Below, in pieces: positions 37,284 to 51,041 of a DNA stretch of 64,000 nt (its first letter is position 1; every line of letters starts with the position of its first letter). A program made the translations under genes and the position numbers. Source of the stretch: Harriotta raleighana (Eukaryota); assembly GCA_050575255.1 (NCBI GenBank), contig JBNZDD010013726.1, positions 5,885,678 to 5,949,677 of the forward strand, given 5' to 3'. The notes under the pieces were generated by a model. The model saw nothing but the letters and a program-made list of their open reading frames with translations, had not been told where the DNA came from and searched no databases.

Positions 37284-38264
37284 AACAATGAATGATCAAA
37301 TGTGTAAATTAGTCATTAAGCAATCTGTATGATTTAGAGCCTATTTATGGGCCTAAAATAAGTATTAGTTTGTCACACAATCAATGAAACATCTTTAATC
37401 ACATTATGGAGCTCATCTACTGAACAAGAGAACTAATTGCATAACACATTGCGGAACAATTTTAGTAGGAAGCAAAATTAACTTTTCAACTTCTAACTTC
37501 TGTCCGTGATATTTTGACACAAAGAAATCTATTATTTTCAAGCAAATGAATCTACTTGTACGCATCAAAACAGAGGTCACATTTGAAAGTACATTACTTT
37601 CCATATTATAGTATTAGGTTGCCTCTGATTGTTATTGCTTGCATCAAAGGGTAAATTGTAATATTGTACTGTATTTGTTTGCATAAATTACCGGTAATAA
37701 TATGTATAAAAACAAAATATATTCTATATACTGTAGTATGAATATGATTTAGAATATATTAGAGGAGAATGAGATTCCTGGTGTCAGAATTCATCTTGTT
37801 TTTCAGAAAAATTCTCCTCTTTGATGGTTTGACATATATAATTTGTTGTAAAATTCCTTTTCTCGTTGCATATCATATTCCAAAAGCAATACATATGACC
37901 ATAACAGCATTTAGTGGTAGGACAGGAAGCAATAAGTCATAAGTACTTTAACTCGGAGGCAAAACAGAAGCTGAATGTTCATATGATAAACACTGCCAAT
38001 GGTAACAGAATACAGACACTCACATTGCAAAATGTAGTTGCGTAGCAAAATTTATTAGGTCAAATGGCAAAGTTAATGAATGAAATATTATTTTTCATTC
38101 ATATAATGAATATACGAGCAGAGAATTGGGTTTCTCCCTTCCTCCTGTATTTGGGCTACGTTGAATTCTTTAAGACTGTTCAACTCATCATCTCCAGGGT
38201 TATTTTCAACATTTATTGCAACATTTATTATATATTATGCCATATGTATCCATTTTATGACAAA

Positions 38265-38672
38265 CATCAAGATCACAGCTGATCTTCTAATCTAACTCCA
38301 TCTGCCCGCCTTATCCTCTTATCCCTTAATCCCTCTAAGGGATTATCAATCTCAGTCTTGAATATATTCAAGGACTAAGCATCTACAGCCTTTTGGGGAT
38401 AGAGAATTCTATAAATTCACTACCCTCTGAGTGAAGAAGTGTTTCCTCAACTCTGTTCAAAAGGCTGACCCATAATCTTAAAACTGTGACGTCTAGTTAT
38501 AGATTATCCTACCAGGGAAACAGTCTCCCACTGTCTACTCTGTTATGCCCCTTAAGAATCTTATAGGTTTCTATAAAATCACCTCTAATTCTTCTATATT
38601 CTAGAGAATATAGGCCTAATTTACTCAACCTATCCTCATAGGTCAACCTCCTCATCCCAGGATTGAACCTAG
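38265..38672 (-). mobile_element. CR1 LINE 3' end (shark HER1-like)
   Basis: Reverse complement encodes degenerate YEDRLSKLGLYSLEYRRIRGDFIETYKILKG...RKHFFTQRVVNL. Aligns with 44088-44388. Confidence 0.88.
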
Positions 38673-40174
38673 AGAATAGATGGCCATTGAATTACCTTTC
38701 TAAATCGAGCTGCTTACCAAAGGTAAATGTGTAGCCTCAATGATAAAAATAAATCTGTGTCTACGTCTGTAGCATTAAATTGAGTTTAGAGAACATAAGA
38801 GTGCCCTTGTACATGCCAGGAAAAGTACCAGGCTAAGGCATGTTGGTACAAACTCTGACAAACAGCTCTGAGAAAAGTATAGGTCAACAAAAATGGTTGT
38901 CTTAATATGTAAGACAAGTTTTTTCCTCTAGATCTTTTTAATGCTGGTCTACCAATAGCACATTAAACTGTACAAGAGCATATTTCTACTGACTGAATAT
39001 CTGGTCAAAAACAGGTGAGGTCATGTGTAGCTTTATTTGGGATATTTATCAGACTGGAATGTTCCCCATAAGATTAGTCAAATATCTTAAACTACCACAT
39101 AAATTATTATCTAACAATAACTGTCTGATGTACAACAATTTAAATAATTCCTTATTTGCCCGCAATTTTGCCCACAAATATACAGTGAATTAACTTTAAA
39201 CTATATTCTGTGAAGCGCTTTGAAATGTCGATAAAAGCGCTATATCAAATGCAAGGATTATTATTATTATCACTGTACTAAAAAAATGCACATTTTTAAT
39301 CAATCAATGAGAATTCTTTAAACAAGTTTATATTTTTTTCACGAGATTCAGATAATAATGCTAATAATAATAATAATAATATTAAGCCTTACATTTGATA
39401 TAGATATATTTAGGCAGGAACCTTTGGAGAAACTGCTGAATAAAACACTGTAATATTATAATCATAATAAGAATATTCCTTGCATTTGATATAGCGCTTT
39501 TTATATCTCCTAGACAATTTTGCACAGCAGTGTCACATCANATAATAATAATAATAATAATAAGCCTTACATTTGATATAGATATATTTAGGCAGGAACC
39601 TTTGGAAAAACTGCTGAATAAAACACCGTAATATCATAATCATAATAAGAATATTCCTTGCACTTGACATAGCGCTTTTTATATCTCCTAGACAATTTTG
39701 CACAGCAGTGTCACATCATATTCTGGGGTTATTTTTACATTTCATAAAGTTTCTATGCATCAGTAAAAAAAAAGTGCATAAAACTTTGCTGTTTCTTGCA
39801 ACTGATTATAATGTTTATAGAAGTAGCTGATCTATGGGAGCCCAGACATTAACTGATATTAAACGTTCAGTACATAGCTTGTACCACCTGTTGTTAGCGT
39901 CAAGTCTGACAACAAATAAAAATAGAAATGATCAATTATTTTACACCGTTTTCCAAAACGTATTGCAGGTGAATATCGCAAGTGCTGTGGTTCTGGTTAT
40001 GTCATTGAGTCACTTGTTCAGTTGGTGTCACTTCTCCCAGTGCCTTGGTTAGTCCTTTTGACGTGAAAGGCACTATACAAGTGTAATTTTGTTGTTGTTG
40101 TTGCCTCCAGTTGGCATTGCACATCACTGGATCTATTCCATACATGTTTGTTGTAAAAATATATAACAAGTACT

Positions 40175-40513
40175 GTGGAGTCCTTAGCTCAATGGTGAGA
40201 GCACTCGCCTTTCAAGCGAGAGACCTGGGTTTGATTCCCGGGAGAGTTGAAACATTGGGCAAGGTTCCTTACTCCACACGCATTTGTGTACCTAGCGAAA
40301 GTAGGATCCCAGTTGTTAGGCAATTGGTGGATCACTTTTCCGGGGTTAATAGTTCCTTTAAAAAAAATTGATCAGTCAATCCATGACTGTTTGTGGGACA
40401 CCGCTGTGTGAACAAAATACAGTGATTCACTTTACAGTATATTCTTTGAAGCGCTTGAGATGTCTCGAAGATGTGATAAGGCACTGCATGAAATGCAAGG
40501 ATTGTCATTATTA
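40175..40513 (+). mobile_element. Full-length SINE, variant subfamily with alternative middle segment
   Basis: tRNA head and shared tail, but the middle reads tgtgtacctagcgaaagtaggatcccagttgttagg..., similar to the 1095-1478 copy. Confidence 0.85.
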
Positions 40514-41074
40514 AATACAGTGAAACCTTTGTTTAAATCAGCATTTGGTTCTTGAACTGGATGTGACTTCTTATATTCCACTCCTTTGGAATTTTTTTTT
40601 CGGTTGAGTAAGATGTTTCCATATTAATGAAACGTCCCTCCTTATCATGTTTCCTTATATACGTTGTAGGCTAAAGATATTGGCAGGTTTTCCCTAGAGC
40701 ACATGTACTATATCTAGAGGAACATTATCATGTGTTAACAGAGGGTTCCTAAACTTTAAACTGTTCCAAGAACTGGAAATTTTGCACACTTACTTTCTAT
40801 GCTCCTTTCTTGAGCCTAGTGGTTTTACTTCTACTGCAATGTTGGATCCAAATTTGCTTAATTTATGGCAGGGTTTATCTATTGGAGGAGAATTTGAATT
40901 CTAACCTAGAAATCGAAACTGCCATCTGAAGTTCACCAGTGGGATTGTTAAATGGTGTGTTGTGTGACAAAAGAATATTGTATCCTGGAGGTAAGAGGGA
41001 AAATACGTGCAAGGATCAAAAGCCAGTTCCCTATTTGTCAAAAACAGCTGACTGTCACAGCATCAACAAGCTGT

Positions 41075-41350
41075 AGGTTTAGAGTTGCAAAGGCCAATGA
41101 CAGGACAAATACTTTACCAGGAAATTTTCTTTTACCCAGAGGCTAATTAATGACTGGAACAGTTAGCCAGGAAGGGTTGAGGCCAGGACAATTTAAGAAA
41201 CAAATCACTTTATTCTGTGTAAAAGTATTTTATTGTGAAATAAATCATTTTAAAAACAACTTGATACTGTGATGGAAAGACAGAAGGGTGGGTTTTCTGG
41301 GAGGTTCAGATGGGCCAAAGAGCATTCTTCATCCAAATCGACCTTGTGAT
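41075..41350 (+). mobile_element. Old CR1 3' fossil carrying an inserted inverted duplication
   Basis: ccaggaaattttcttttacccagaggctaattaatgactggaacagttagccaggaagggttgaggc...agatgggccaaagagcattcttcatc. Confidence 0.65.
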
Positions 41351-41443
41351 AACATCTTACTAATGCTTTAGCACTCCAATCTGGAAGATTTATTTCACAA
41401 TAAAATACTTTAACACAGAATAAAGTGATTTGTTTCTTAAATT
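41190..41443. repeat. 57-bp inverted repeat (56/57 identical) with 140-bp spacer
   Basis: 41190-41246 equals the reverse complement of 41387-41443 with one mismatch. Confidence 0.95.
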
Positions 41444-44087
41444 AAGAGTTTAAAATTTTGGGGCCAATATTTCAGATTGTTGGGGGGTAAAGAAACCCTC
41501 AACTTCATGCTCCGTTCATATTAACCATGGGATTGAGAAAGAGTTGCTTATTTTCAGTTATGTATTTCTTTGCCAACTGGTATTATTTAAGCCCTTTCAG
41601 GGAAATGAATGGTTTTCAATGTTCATTCAACCATCATTTGAAATTGTCCCCATTTCTAGCCAGTAACTTTAACGGCAGATAATAATAACAATCCTTGCAA
41701 TTGATTTTGCGCCTTAACACGTCTTCAACACGTCTCAAAGCGCTTCACAGAATTTACTATAGATTGACAGAATATACTGTATATTTTGTGGATGAAATGC
41801 GGCAGACATTTGAGCAAAACAATTCAAACCATGCCACAAATTACACATGAAGTGTTTAGGCTTCATCAGCTGTTGTCCTTTGGAGAGTCATCTGTGTATT
41901 CCAACTGAATTCCCCCAACCAACGCCCGGGTGCCATCCACCCATGGAAAGTTCTTTGAGATGCTTTGCTAACGTAAAAGGCACTATGGTAATTGCAAATT
42001 TATTGTTTGTAAATTTGCTACCTCATTTGGTCAAATATAAACTGTCCATAACTCCAGTATATCCTAACTGCTTAATAAGAATTTCAATGGCAATCCTATA
42101 GTGTGGTATCAAAATTAATCCTCTTAAGCATTTTCTCTTCAGTAGAAACTTTTCAGCACACAATTTTACAGCTCAAAATGTAGATTATATTGAATACAAT
42201 TTATAAACAACATATTGATTGGTAAATATGTCTTAAGATCAGATCAGCCAGCTATTGGAACAGGCACTATCTATCAGCCAGCAATTGAGTTACTAAGCAT
42301 TTTAACAAAAACATTTGTGCTGATGAAATTTGTGCGACAGTTAACATCAAAGATGCTTTGATCCAAATCGATATTGTTTCTACACTTCTCTTCCTTTTAT
42401 TTAACACTGTCCCCAAATCCACCCTCCGGAGGATTGGGTTGTTCTCCTATCGTTCCTATGTCATGCTGACATTTCATTTTTGCTGTGAAATTAATGAGTT
42501 CAACAGAGTCAATCCTGAACAATCTGAACCAAATAAACCGATGGCTTAAGTTAGAAAAAACAGGGATTCTGTATTGAACTCCTCCTCCGTCAAATACATT
42601 AAAGAAATACAATGGCTATTTATTTGTGGAAGCCAAATCTGTCCCCAAAATGCTGCTTGTACAAGGATTTCTAAACATTCATGCAATACTGTATAAACGT
42701 CTACTTTTGTAAGTTTCACAACAAACTTCTGTACATGATTAATATTTTAGGATCCGCTCATCTCCACTTGCAGCTCTAAAGGTTAAGATGCTCGTGGTGT
42801 AGTTTTACTCAACAGTAAATGTTTGTTGTCGGAATCATGGTTCTCCAAAGCAATTTGCCATTGCTCACGCATGCAATCCATTTTCTGCAATATTTTGGCG
42901 TAACATTAAAGTAACATTCAAAACTGTGCAAAGCACTTGCATCTCTAGATTGCCTAGTTCAAATGTCATTGTTTTACACAATGTGCTAGTGAAATCCATA
43001 TAAGTATAACCATTGCACCTCAGCCTACAGGGACTTTAACCAGCACTGAGCCGGGAGTATTATATTACCTGTAACTATCGAAACATTCTTATCCAGGAGA
43101 TTTTGTCCAACAAAAATCATAGTTACAGGCATTGTTACCACAATGATGGCTTCTGCTTTCTTGTTACTGCCAAAATCTGTTGAAAAAATGGCTCGCTTTG
43201 ACAGGATGAAAAATTAACATTTTTCCACGAGTTTTGTGCTTTTATTGTTGTGTTCAGATTAGTGACCTTGTCAGTCATAGATTGCCTGTACAGTCATGTG
43301 AGGTGCAGTGCTTCATTTGTAAAGATATTTGTCATTGAGTTTTTGTTGTGTTGAACATTAACTACTAAAATAAATCCTCAATTCAGTACAACATTTGATG
43401 GATGTGTTACCTGTTGACTTGGACCAGTGACACAATTGTATGTAGATTAGCACAGGTGGGTGTTTGAATGACCGACCTGTTTGTATTATTAATGTTAAGA
43501 TGTATAGTTATAGAGTGTATTTATTTTAGTGCAGTTCACTGCTCAGGATAAAAATATTTCGCCCACAAAATAGTCAATTCACTTTACAGTATATTCTTTG
43601 AAGTGCTTTAGACATCTCAACAAAGTGATAAAATGCTATAACAAACATTATACAAAGGATGATTATAAAATAGAACCAATATTCTCATAGCTACTGGTAT
43701 GCAATATTAATAATGTTTTCAGATGAGTTCTCAGAATGTGAATCAGCCCCTTAAAGACTTCATGTTCATATCATTAATGATGTACAGTATTGTTGTTTCA
43801 GTATTTGATTCTATAATTATTAGCAGTGATTTTATACAGCAATCAGTCTGTGGGAAAGTAAAGAACCCTCAGGAAAGAATGATAGATAGAATTGTGAGGA
43901 TCAAATCAACCAATCACTATTTACAGCCAAATGAATCATCGCTAAAGGTAAATAAATAGTGGGGTCAAAACCGCAACAACCTGTTAAAATTTGCTTTGAA
44001 TCTTAACTTTCTTGAAACAGTTCATTGATTTCTGATTGCTTTGGCTTTGCATTATATACACAATCCGTATAAGCAGATTTTCATAAT

Positions 44088-44388
44088 GCAATCAGGGGTC
44101 ACAGTCTTAAAGTTAGGGGTCAGCCCTTTCACACTGAGTTGAGAAAAAACTTCTTCACTCAGAGGCTGGTGGATTTATGAAATTATTTATGCCAAAGGGC
44201 TGTTGATGCTCAGTCCTTGAACATATTCAAGACTGAGTTAGATAGATTTCTCATTTATAAAGGGATTAAGGGGTATGGGGATAAGGCAGGTAGCTGGAGT
44301 TCGAGTAGAATATCAGCCATGATTGAATGGTGAAGCAGGTTCGATGGGCCGAATGGCCTATTCCTGCTTCTATTTCTTATGTTCTTAA
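44088..44388 (+). mobile_element. CR1 LINE 3' end
   Basis: RGHSLKVRGQPFHTELRKNFFTQRLVDL motif, then the 3' UTR gatgggccgaatggcctattcctgcttctatttcttatgttctt. Confidence 0.9.
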
Positions 44389-44943
44389 CTTCATTTTAGT
44401 TCCAATTAAGTTCCTTATTTCCTAGTTACTTAATGTTGAAATAGAATGAACTTAACTGGTTTGTGAGTGAATTGTCACCAAACATTTATTATTCCCCATT
44501 ACCACCCATTCTATTACATTTTAGGCATAACCTCACCATTTCGACCTCCCATATGCATTTCTTCTAAAAAATATTACAGTATGCTTAAGATCATCATTTA
44601 TATTTCTGAGGGTCACCATCCATTTTGGCACCATCCATAAATTTGTCATTTTCAGATATAAATATACAGTATTTACAAATTTGATAGTTTAGAAAGGCAC
44701 TGTAGCACAAAGTAGATTTGTACTTCCAGTGGATGATAGTAATTCTGCAATCATTAACATTATTCATGTTCCTTACCACCATTGAAGGTGGCACAATATT
44801 ATAGTAATTAAATATGTTAATAAAATGTATGGTTAATGTTCAATGCCAAGTCACGAGTGATTCTGTACAATTCACTAGTATTTGTGTCACTTGACCACGT
44901 CAATGCTGTTTTCACAACATTTATGTCCTAAAACTATTGCACT

Positions 44944-45028
44944 NNNNNNNNNNNNNNNNNNNNNNNNNNNNNNNNNNNNNNNNNNNNNNNNNNNNNNNNN
45001 NNNNNNNNNNNNNNNNNNNNNNNNNNNN
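44944..45028. other. Assembly gap (85 N) abutting the terminal 27 bp (45029-45055) of another copy of the 6173-6400 MITE
   Basis: Reverse complement of 45029-45057 = ta taggaagtcctcaagttacgtcagggt versus ta caggcagtcctctagttacgtcagggt. Confidence 0.9.
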
Positions 45029-46260
45029 ACCCTGACGTAACTTGAGGACTTCCTATAGTTTGTAATTAAATTCACTTCAATATTCATCTGTATCATCTCA
45101 CGTTAGGCGCAACAGCATCCATGATTCAAGGTTAATTGGCACATCCTTTAATTAAAGCAAGTGGACACCTGGCAATGTTTCTCCATTCAAAGGAAATATT
45201 ATAAATAACAACAACAAACAACAAAATTGAATTTATAGAGCGCCTTCATGTTAGTAGGATGTCCCAAGGCACTGAAATAAGAAACCAGCTTCTTTCCACA
45301 TCAGCTCAGCAGATGAATAGAATCTGTTCAATTCCTGGTCACACGGAGTGATTCAAAGCCAATCACCTGTTTTGTACATTGAGAGGACCAGCCATTTATT
45401 TAAACTCCATTACAGAGAAATTTCACCAAGGTCTAAATTTACTTTATTTATGTAGCATTTGCCAGAATTTAGCAAAGTGTTCAATCTCAATTTATAAAAT
45501 GACTTTCTTTAGTCATCAAAGGAAGATTACAGAAAATCTGATTCAAAATTAATGTTTTGAAAAGATTCAGGGTGGGATCTGCTGCTATTGTTTCATATTT
45601 TTAAATATCTTTAGCTGCTTTAAGATCATTGATCATGATCGTTTGTTGGTAATACCTACCTTAAAATCTGAGCAAGGGTGGAATAGGTAGACGCTAAACA
45701 TCAAAGATTGCTTGGTAGGCTGCTCTTCAACCACCCAGTCTGCTCAGAGCTAAAAGATCACTGCTTGCTTGTATTCAGACACTGGCTGACGCCATCTCTT
45801 TTGTTGGTGTGTATTACCTCCAGCTATCCTGGTTGCATTGTTGGCTTGCCAATTATGCAAAACTGAGTCAGTGACAAACTGATAATGTATACAAGGCATT
45901 AGATGAAAATTCAATATTTTCCTGTTGTAAGTGGGTTTCCATAACCTCTGCCTGGGCTAATGTGATCATCGTGATAGCAGTAGACAACCATGCTCCATCT
46001 CCACACAGCAATATTTGCAGACATCTCCAGGTATGGAAACCGAATCTATTTCTCCAGCAGTCATCAACCAAAAGAAATAAAGGTGCAACAATTAAATGGG
46101 ATGATTAACAATGATTAAAAGATGGAAAATATATTTGACATGTTTGATATTGTTCCTTTAATACTAGTGATGCTGTAAAACTATTTTAATAATCCTTGCA
46201 TTTGATACAGTGCCAACTTGTTGAAAACCTCACAAAACACCTGCTAAAGTTTCTGTAACA

Positions 46261-46644
46261 TAATAATAATCCTTGCATTTGATATAGCACTTTTCACGCC
46301 TTCTAGACGTCTCAAAGCGCTTCACAGAATGTACTGTAAAGTGAATTGACTGTATATTTATAGGCGAAACGCGGCAGCCAATTGTGCACAGCAGCGTCCC
46401 ACAAACAGTCATGGATTGAAGATAACCACTGAGCTACAGGAGCTCTATGTTATGGTGACTGTATTAGTACTGAGCTACAGGACAGTGGAGTCCTGAAGCT
46501 CAATGGATAGAGCACTTACCTAACACCCGAGAGATCTGGGTTCGATTCCAGACTGTGCAAAACCTTGGCAAGTTTCCTTACTCAATACGCCTGACAACAA
46601 TCCCTCAAGAAAAAACCCCAATAATAAATTGGTAATTTCAATCC
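46261..46644. mobile_element. Rearranged SINE: 3' half on minus (46261-46420), 5' half on plus (46485-46644)
   Basis: Both pieces end at the same internal octamer TTCAATCC, with short head remnants between them. Confidence 0.8.
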
Positions 46645-48619
46645 TTTTGACCCAAGATGATACCAGCTTGATACCAAGCCAATGCCTGCACTATATTGCT
46701 TAAATAGAGTTCCAGTGTAAGCTTCCCAAATTTCCTTCCTGTGTTAGTAGAGCAGATCTCCAGGGATTTACTCATTTGCTTTTCAGTAACTGAAGTTGAA
46801 AGTAAGAAATGCAGATTTCCCTATTTTCGAACTTTGAGTTCCATTTCCTTCAAACACAGAGAGAGTCAGTAGACATATTGGCAGATAAAAGCACCACTGT
46901 TGCAAGTGATTAATCTGAGCTGAGAAACATCAACAAAATCTACCTAATGACTATTTTGTTTTTAAAAAGTCTGATTTTTAAAAAGAAAAATGTTTTTTTT
47001 TTAAAAATGAAATAATTAAAAGGATGCTTTTAACATGTTTGTAAAGCTGCATTTCATTTCAAAATTTAAAGTCCTTTTATCTGTTTGTCACTTTTACCCA
47101 GTCTTCTACATAAAAGAGTTAAATGGTTTGTTTTGATCTTTGATGCAGAATTTATTATAATACCACATTAGTATGCACATTATTTAAAAATTAACTGTTG
47201 TATTCTTTATTTAGAAATGCTACTGTGTTTTAAAGTCAAGAACATGGGAAAGCGAAATAGAAAGAGTGGAGGGTTATGTGAAGTTTAAACACTAGCCGTA
47301 CACAAGTTAGATTGAATGGTCTGTTGTCATGTTTTATCGTTCTATTTACAGTAATTCTATGCGAAAGGAGTGAAGTATCTTGTGCATCAAGGGAAAAAAA
47401 TGAATGGAAGGCAAAAAAAACCTAAGGATCATGATTCCATCAGAACCCATTGAGTTCATTATTTCTTTGTGTCTCACTGACACCTAGCTATCAACTAATG
47501 TGCATAATCCTTCTGCATTCATTCTGTGCAAATGTCTTTGAGAAAGTAAAATCAGACAGTCAATAAATTCAGCATTAGTCTCAATGCAATCAATGTTTTT
47601 TTCCCCCAAATCGAAATAGATGCGCTCCAGGTAATTTCATTTCCTAACTAAATCAAAGAACCAGAATAAATTGATATATTGCATTTGAATTCCAGTAATA
47701 ATTAAAATGTCATTACTTAAATAACTGTATGATCCATCCTTTAGAAAACTTTTTTTTAAATGTTTACTGCAGCTGTTTTACACCATACTTTAAAGTGACC
47801 GATTCTGAGTCTTGTGTGATCTGTGGTAATTCTACTGGATTATCCCCAGATGTGAGCACTCACTGACGGGTCTCAATTCAGCTAGAAAATGCAGAAGAAT
47901 TCCTAGAATTTCTATGCTTGACAAATTTTACATATTTGCATGCTTAAATTTGGGCAATTTTATTAATGTGTTTAGCGTTATTATTTAAAACAAACTACTG
48001 TGTATGACAAGTGTTGCTCTTAATGAATCTGCTTGATCACAATTAAATGTTATGCAATCGGGGCAAGATTTTCACAGACTCATTAACTATTGTTCTACTG
48101 AAGAGAAGCGAGAAACAGCCCTTAGAGCCCTGACTACCCAGTATGGTGAACAAGGTGCAGTGGGCTCCACACAGGATAGTTGTGGCTATTGAGTTACAGG
48201 CATAAAAAACTGTTGCTAAAGGACAGAAGAAAAGTGCCAATCACATGCGAAAAAGCAAAGGTAAATGAAATCCTGTGGTGATATTTTAGTGTCTTGCTCC
48301 AATATTACAATGTTACATTAATAATAGTGCATTTAATTTATGTAGAGATTTATTTAATGTTCAGATGACTGGGATGATTGTTTGCTGGTTTTAGTGTAAT
48401 GGTTAATCCATTGTGGCTAGCTGTATTGTGCGTTGAAAGGCTGTTACTGACAAAATCAAACAGTTTTTTTCAAAAAGGGAAAGTTTAAGAAACTCATCAA
48501 GCCGTATTACAAAATTGGACAATTTTTCTTCACAGAATCTATGGAACATCAATACAAGTATTTGTTATTTTGATCACACACTTCAGTTAGCATTCTATAG
48601 CTACAGCTTGAAATAATGA

Positions 48620-48663
48620 GAGAATAGAAAGATATCAAAACGAGAATAGAAAGATATCAAAAC
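48620..48663. repeat. Perfect 22-bp tandem duplication
   Basis: gagaatagaaagatatcaaaac x2, no N at the junction. Confidence 0.9.
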
Positions 48664-48880
48664 ACGACTTGTGTGATGCTTCTTAGAAAAACTGCCACTA
48701 ATTAGGAAGTGAAGAATACACCATCAAATCTGGTGGAAAGGAGATGATCAGATGCTCAAAAATATTAATACTGTACCTCAAATAAATGAAAAAGCTTTTT
48801 TACATTACAATACATTCATTTCAACTCTGCAATACATTACACCTTCTTCAAAGCTTCAATGTTGTACCTTCATTGATATA

Positions 48881-49422
48881 CAGTTGGCCCTCGCCGAACG
48901 CGGGGGTTACGTTCCTTGAAAACAGCTTTCGGTAAGCTTAATTAGTAATGGAAAAAAAGGCTTGGGGGAATCCACAGGCTATCCAACCTCAGGCCTCCAG
49001 GCACATCCATACCCGACCAATTCAGGGTATGTACTGAGGTGGGTTACAGTCAGCTGGCCCGCCCTCCCCGCTCCTTGCTCTCCGCACTCTCACTAACTCA
49101 CTGACGACAATAAAACAGCACTTTACACCAACACAGTTAGGGTAAATGATGTTACTTGGAAGTGTTAGGCTCTATGAATACAGTAAATATGAATGAAACA
49201 ACCTTGATTGTATTTTACCATGCAATGCCATCAGGTTGCTCTGAGGCTGAGGAATCATTGGACGTATTCGGAAGCTGTCAGAGTCCTCCCAAGTGCGCAT
49301 GCATGCGCGGCCAGTGGGTATATGCAAATTTTACTTGCGTTCCGCAAAAAAGTACTGCATTTATTTCTTTGCGTATAGGCGAATCTGCACTCGAGAAAGT
49401 CATGTTCGGCAAGTGTTGATTG
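48881..49422. mobile_element. Older, shorter relative (542 bp) of the 8935-9957 Tigger-like element
   Basis: ta|cagttggccctcgccgaac... and ...gttcggcaagtgttgattg|ta. Shares gggttacgttcct, agtaatg..aaaa..ggggaatcca, tttaccatgcaatgccat..gctctgag and the right subterminal region. Confidence 0.85.
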
Positions 49423-49518
49423 TATACCCTTGTGTTAGTTGTAAACTACTGCTCATTTTGTAGTACAAACAGCCCCACAAGCAGTAAGAACTTGTAGTTC
49501 ATCTCTCTTTTCACTTAC

Positions 49519-49613
49519 CCCTGAAGTGCCTTTTCTCCAAACCAATCTCCCTTTTCTAAAGTCCGAAGAAAGGTTGCATCTTCATTTTCTGTAACCTCTC
49601 GGGTTACATTCAC
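49519..49613 (-). CDS. PRKG1: PRKG1 exon 7-equivalent (95 nt; CNB-B beta4-beta5 and start of phosphate-binding cassette)
   Basis: cag|GTG AAT GTA...CTT CAG GG|gtaagt encodes [31 protein letters not shown](G). Confidence 0.97.
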
Positions 49614-51041
49614 CTGCCAGCGAAACAGTCAAAATTAGATACTCCCAATTTGTGAAGAATCAATTACAATTCCTAACCTTAAAATCCCTAAAATAATGGA
49701 AATGTTCCTTCTTTTTAAAAAATGCCTCCTCTGGTCTGTGTTTTAAAATATAAATACCTCATTCCCTTCAACCCCCACCCCATCCTACATGTCGGTAAAA
49801 AAAAATACTGATTTCTTTGCCCATAGTTGTTGTTTTATAACCGGGAATATTAAAAACTCAAGCCAATTTGTGCTCATGTTTGAAGCCAAACTAACCTATA
49901 CAATTGTAGAGCGAAAGGTTTGGTTGTTCTTCGACGTTTCAGAATTCCCAAACCATCTCATGCAGCCCTCTGAGTTCAAAGAAAAATGGTTGCAATCGTA
50001 ACCTGGAAATGGATTTGTTTGCTTTGCCCTCCAAATACAAAAAGCCAGATCTTTGTGTTAAGGAATTATCGTATTAACAAACAGCTCTCCATTGGGTGAA
50101 GGTTTTGATTTTAATGAAGATGTGTGCAAAAAAGTTGTTGAATAATTTACATTTGAAATCCTCTGCTTGTAAAACTGATAAAAATTTAGATTCATTATTT
50201 TTAACATTTCCCCTCAGTGGTGTAAAATGAAATCCTGAATCACATGCCATTCAGCAGTTCTGTGCTGTTTGCTTTAAACTGTACCATTGTAACAATAACT
50301 CCCAAAGTGAAAGGAGCTCTATAAATGTAATTTTGTTGTTGTTGGTTTTACATAAGCACAACTACATGGGTATCAACAATCATTTATCCATATCTGCCAA
50401 ACATATAGCTGTCAGAGCTCATTTTTAAAGCTTTGCTTCATATTTGCAAAAAGGCCAAGACATTCTTGTTAGGAATAGAACATGCCTCTGGGATGCATGT
50501 CATCTACCAGAATGATATTTTGAATTAATTGCTATTGTAATGAGGATAAGAAAGAACAGCAATTTCAATATAATCCACTAAATGGAACAGACTTCAAACG
50601 CACAAAATTCTATCTTATCTTTGCCTGTAAGACCACTTAAAATTTAAGATCTTACAGAATTATGTGGAAAATTATTGAATTGAAGTGTTCTGAGATGTTA
50701 TCCAATGCCATGTAAATGCAAGTCGCTGTTCAAATTGTTGTAAAAATCAGTCTTACAGTTAAATCATTTTTACAATCTGGGAAGTTTTTTTAAAAAATCA
50801 GAATTTTCCTTAATTCTACAGCAACTTAAATAAATTATTTCAACAGAACAGATATTTATTATGCTGGAGGTGAGAAGTGTGAAAAGCCACAAAAAGCCTC
50901 AATGCTTGTCCTAGGCCGGTTGTCAAATGAGAGTTGATTTGTTTTCCTTCGCTCAAGTTTGAAGCATTATGCGCCCCCGTTATATTCAGTTATGAAGTAC
51001 AGGTAGCTTGGATATTTGGCAGTGATCCTTACTGTAGTCCC

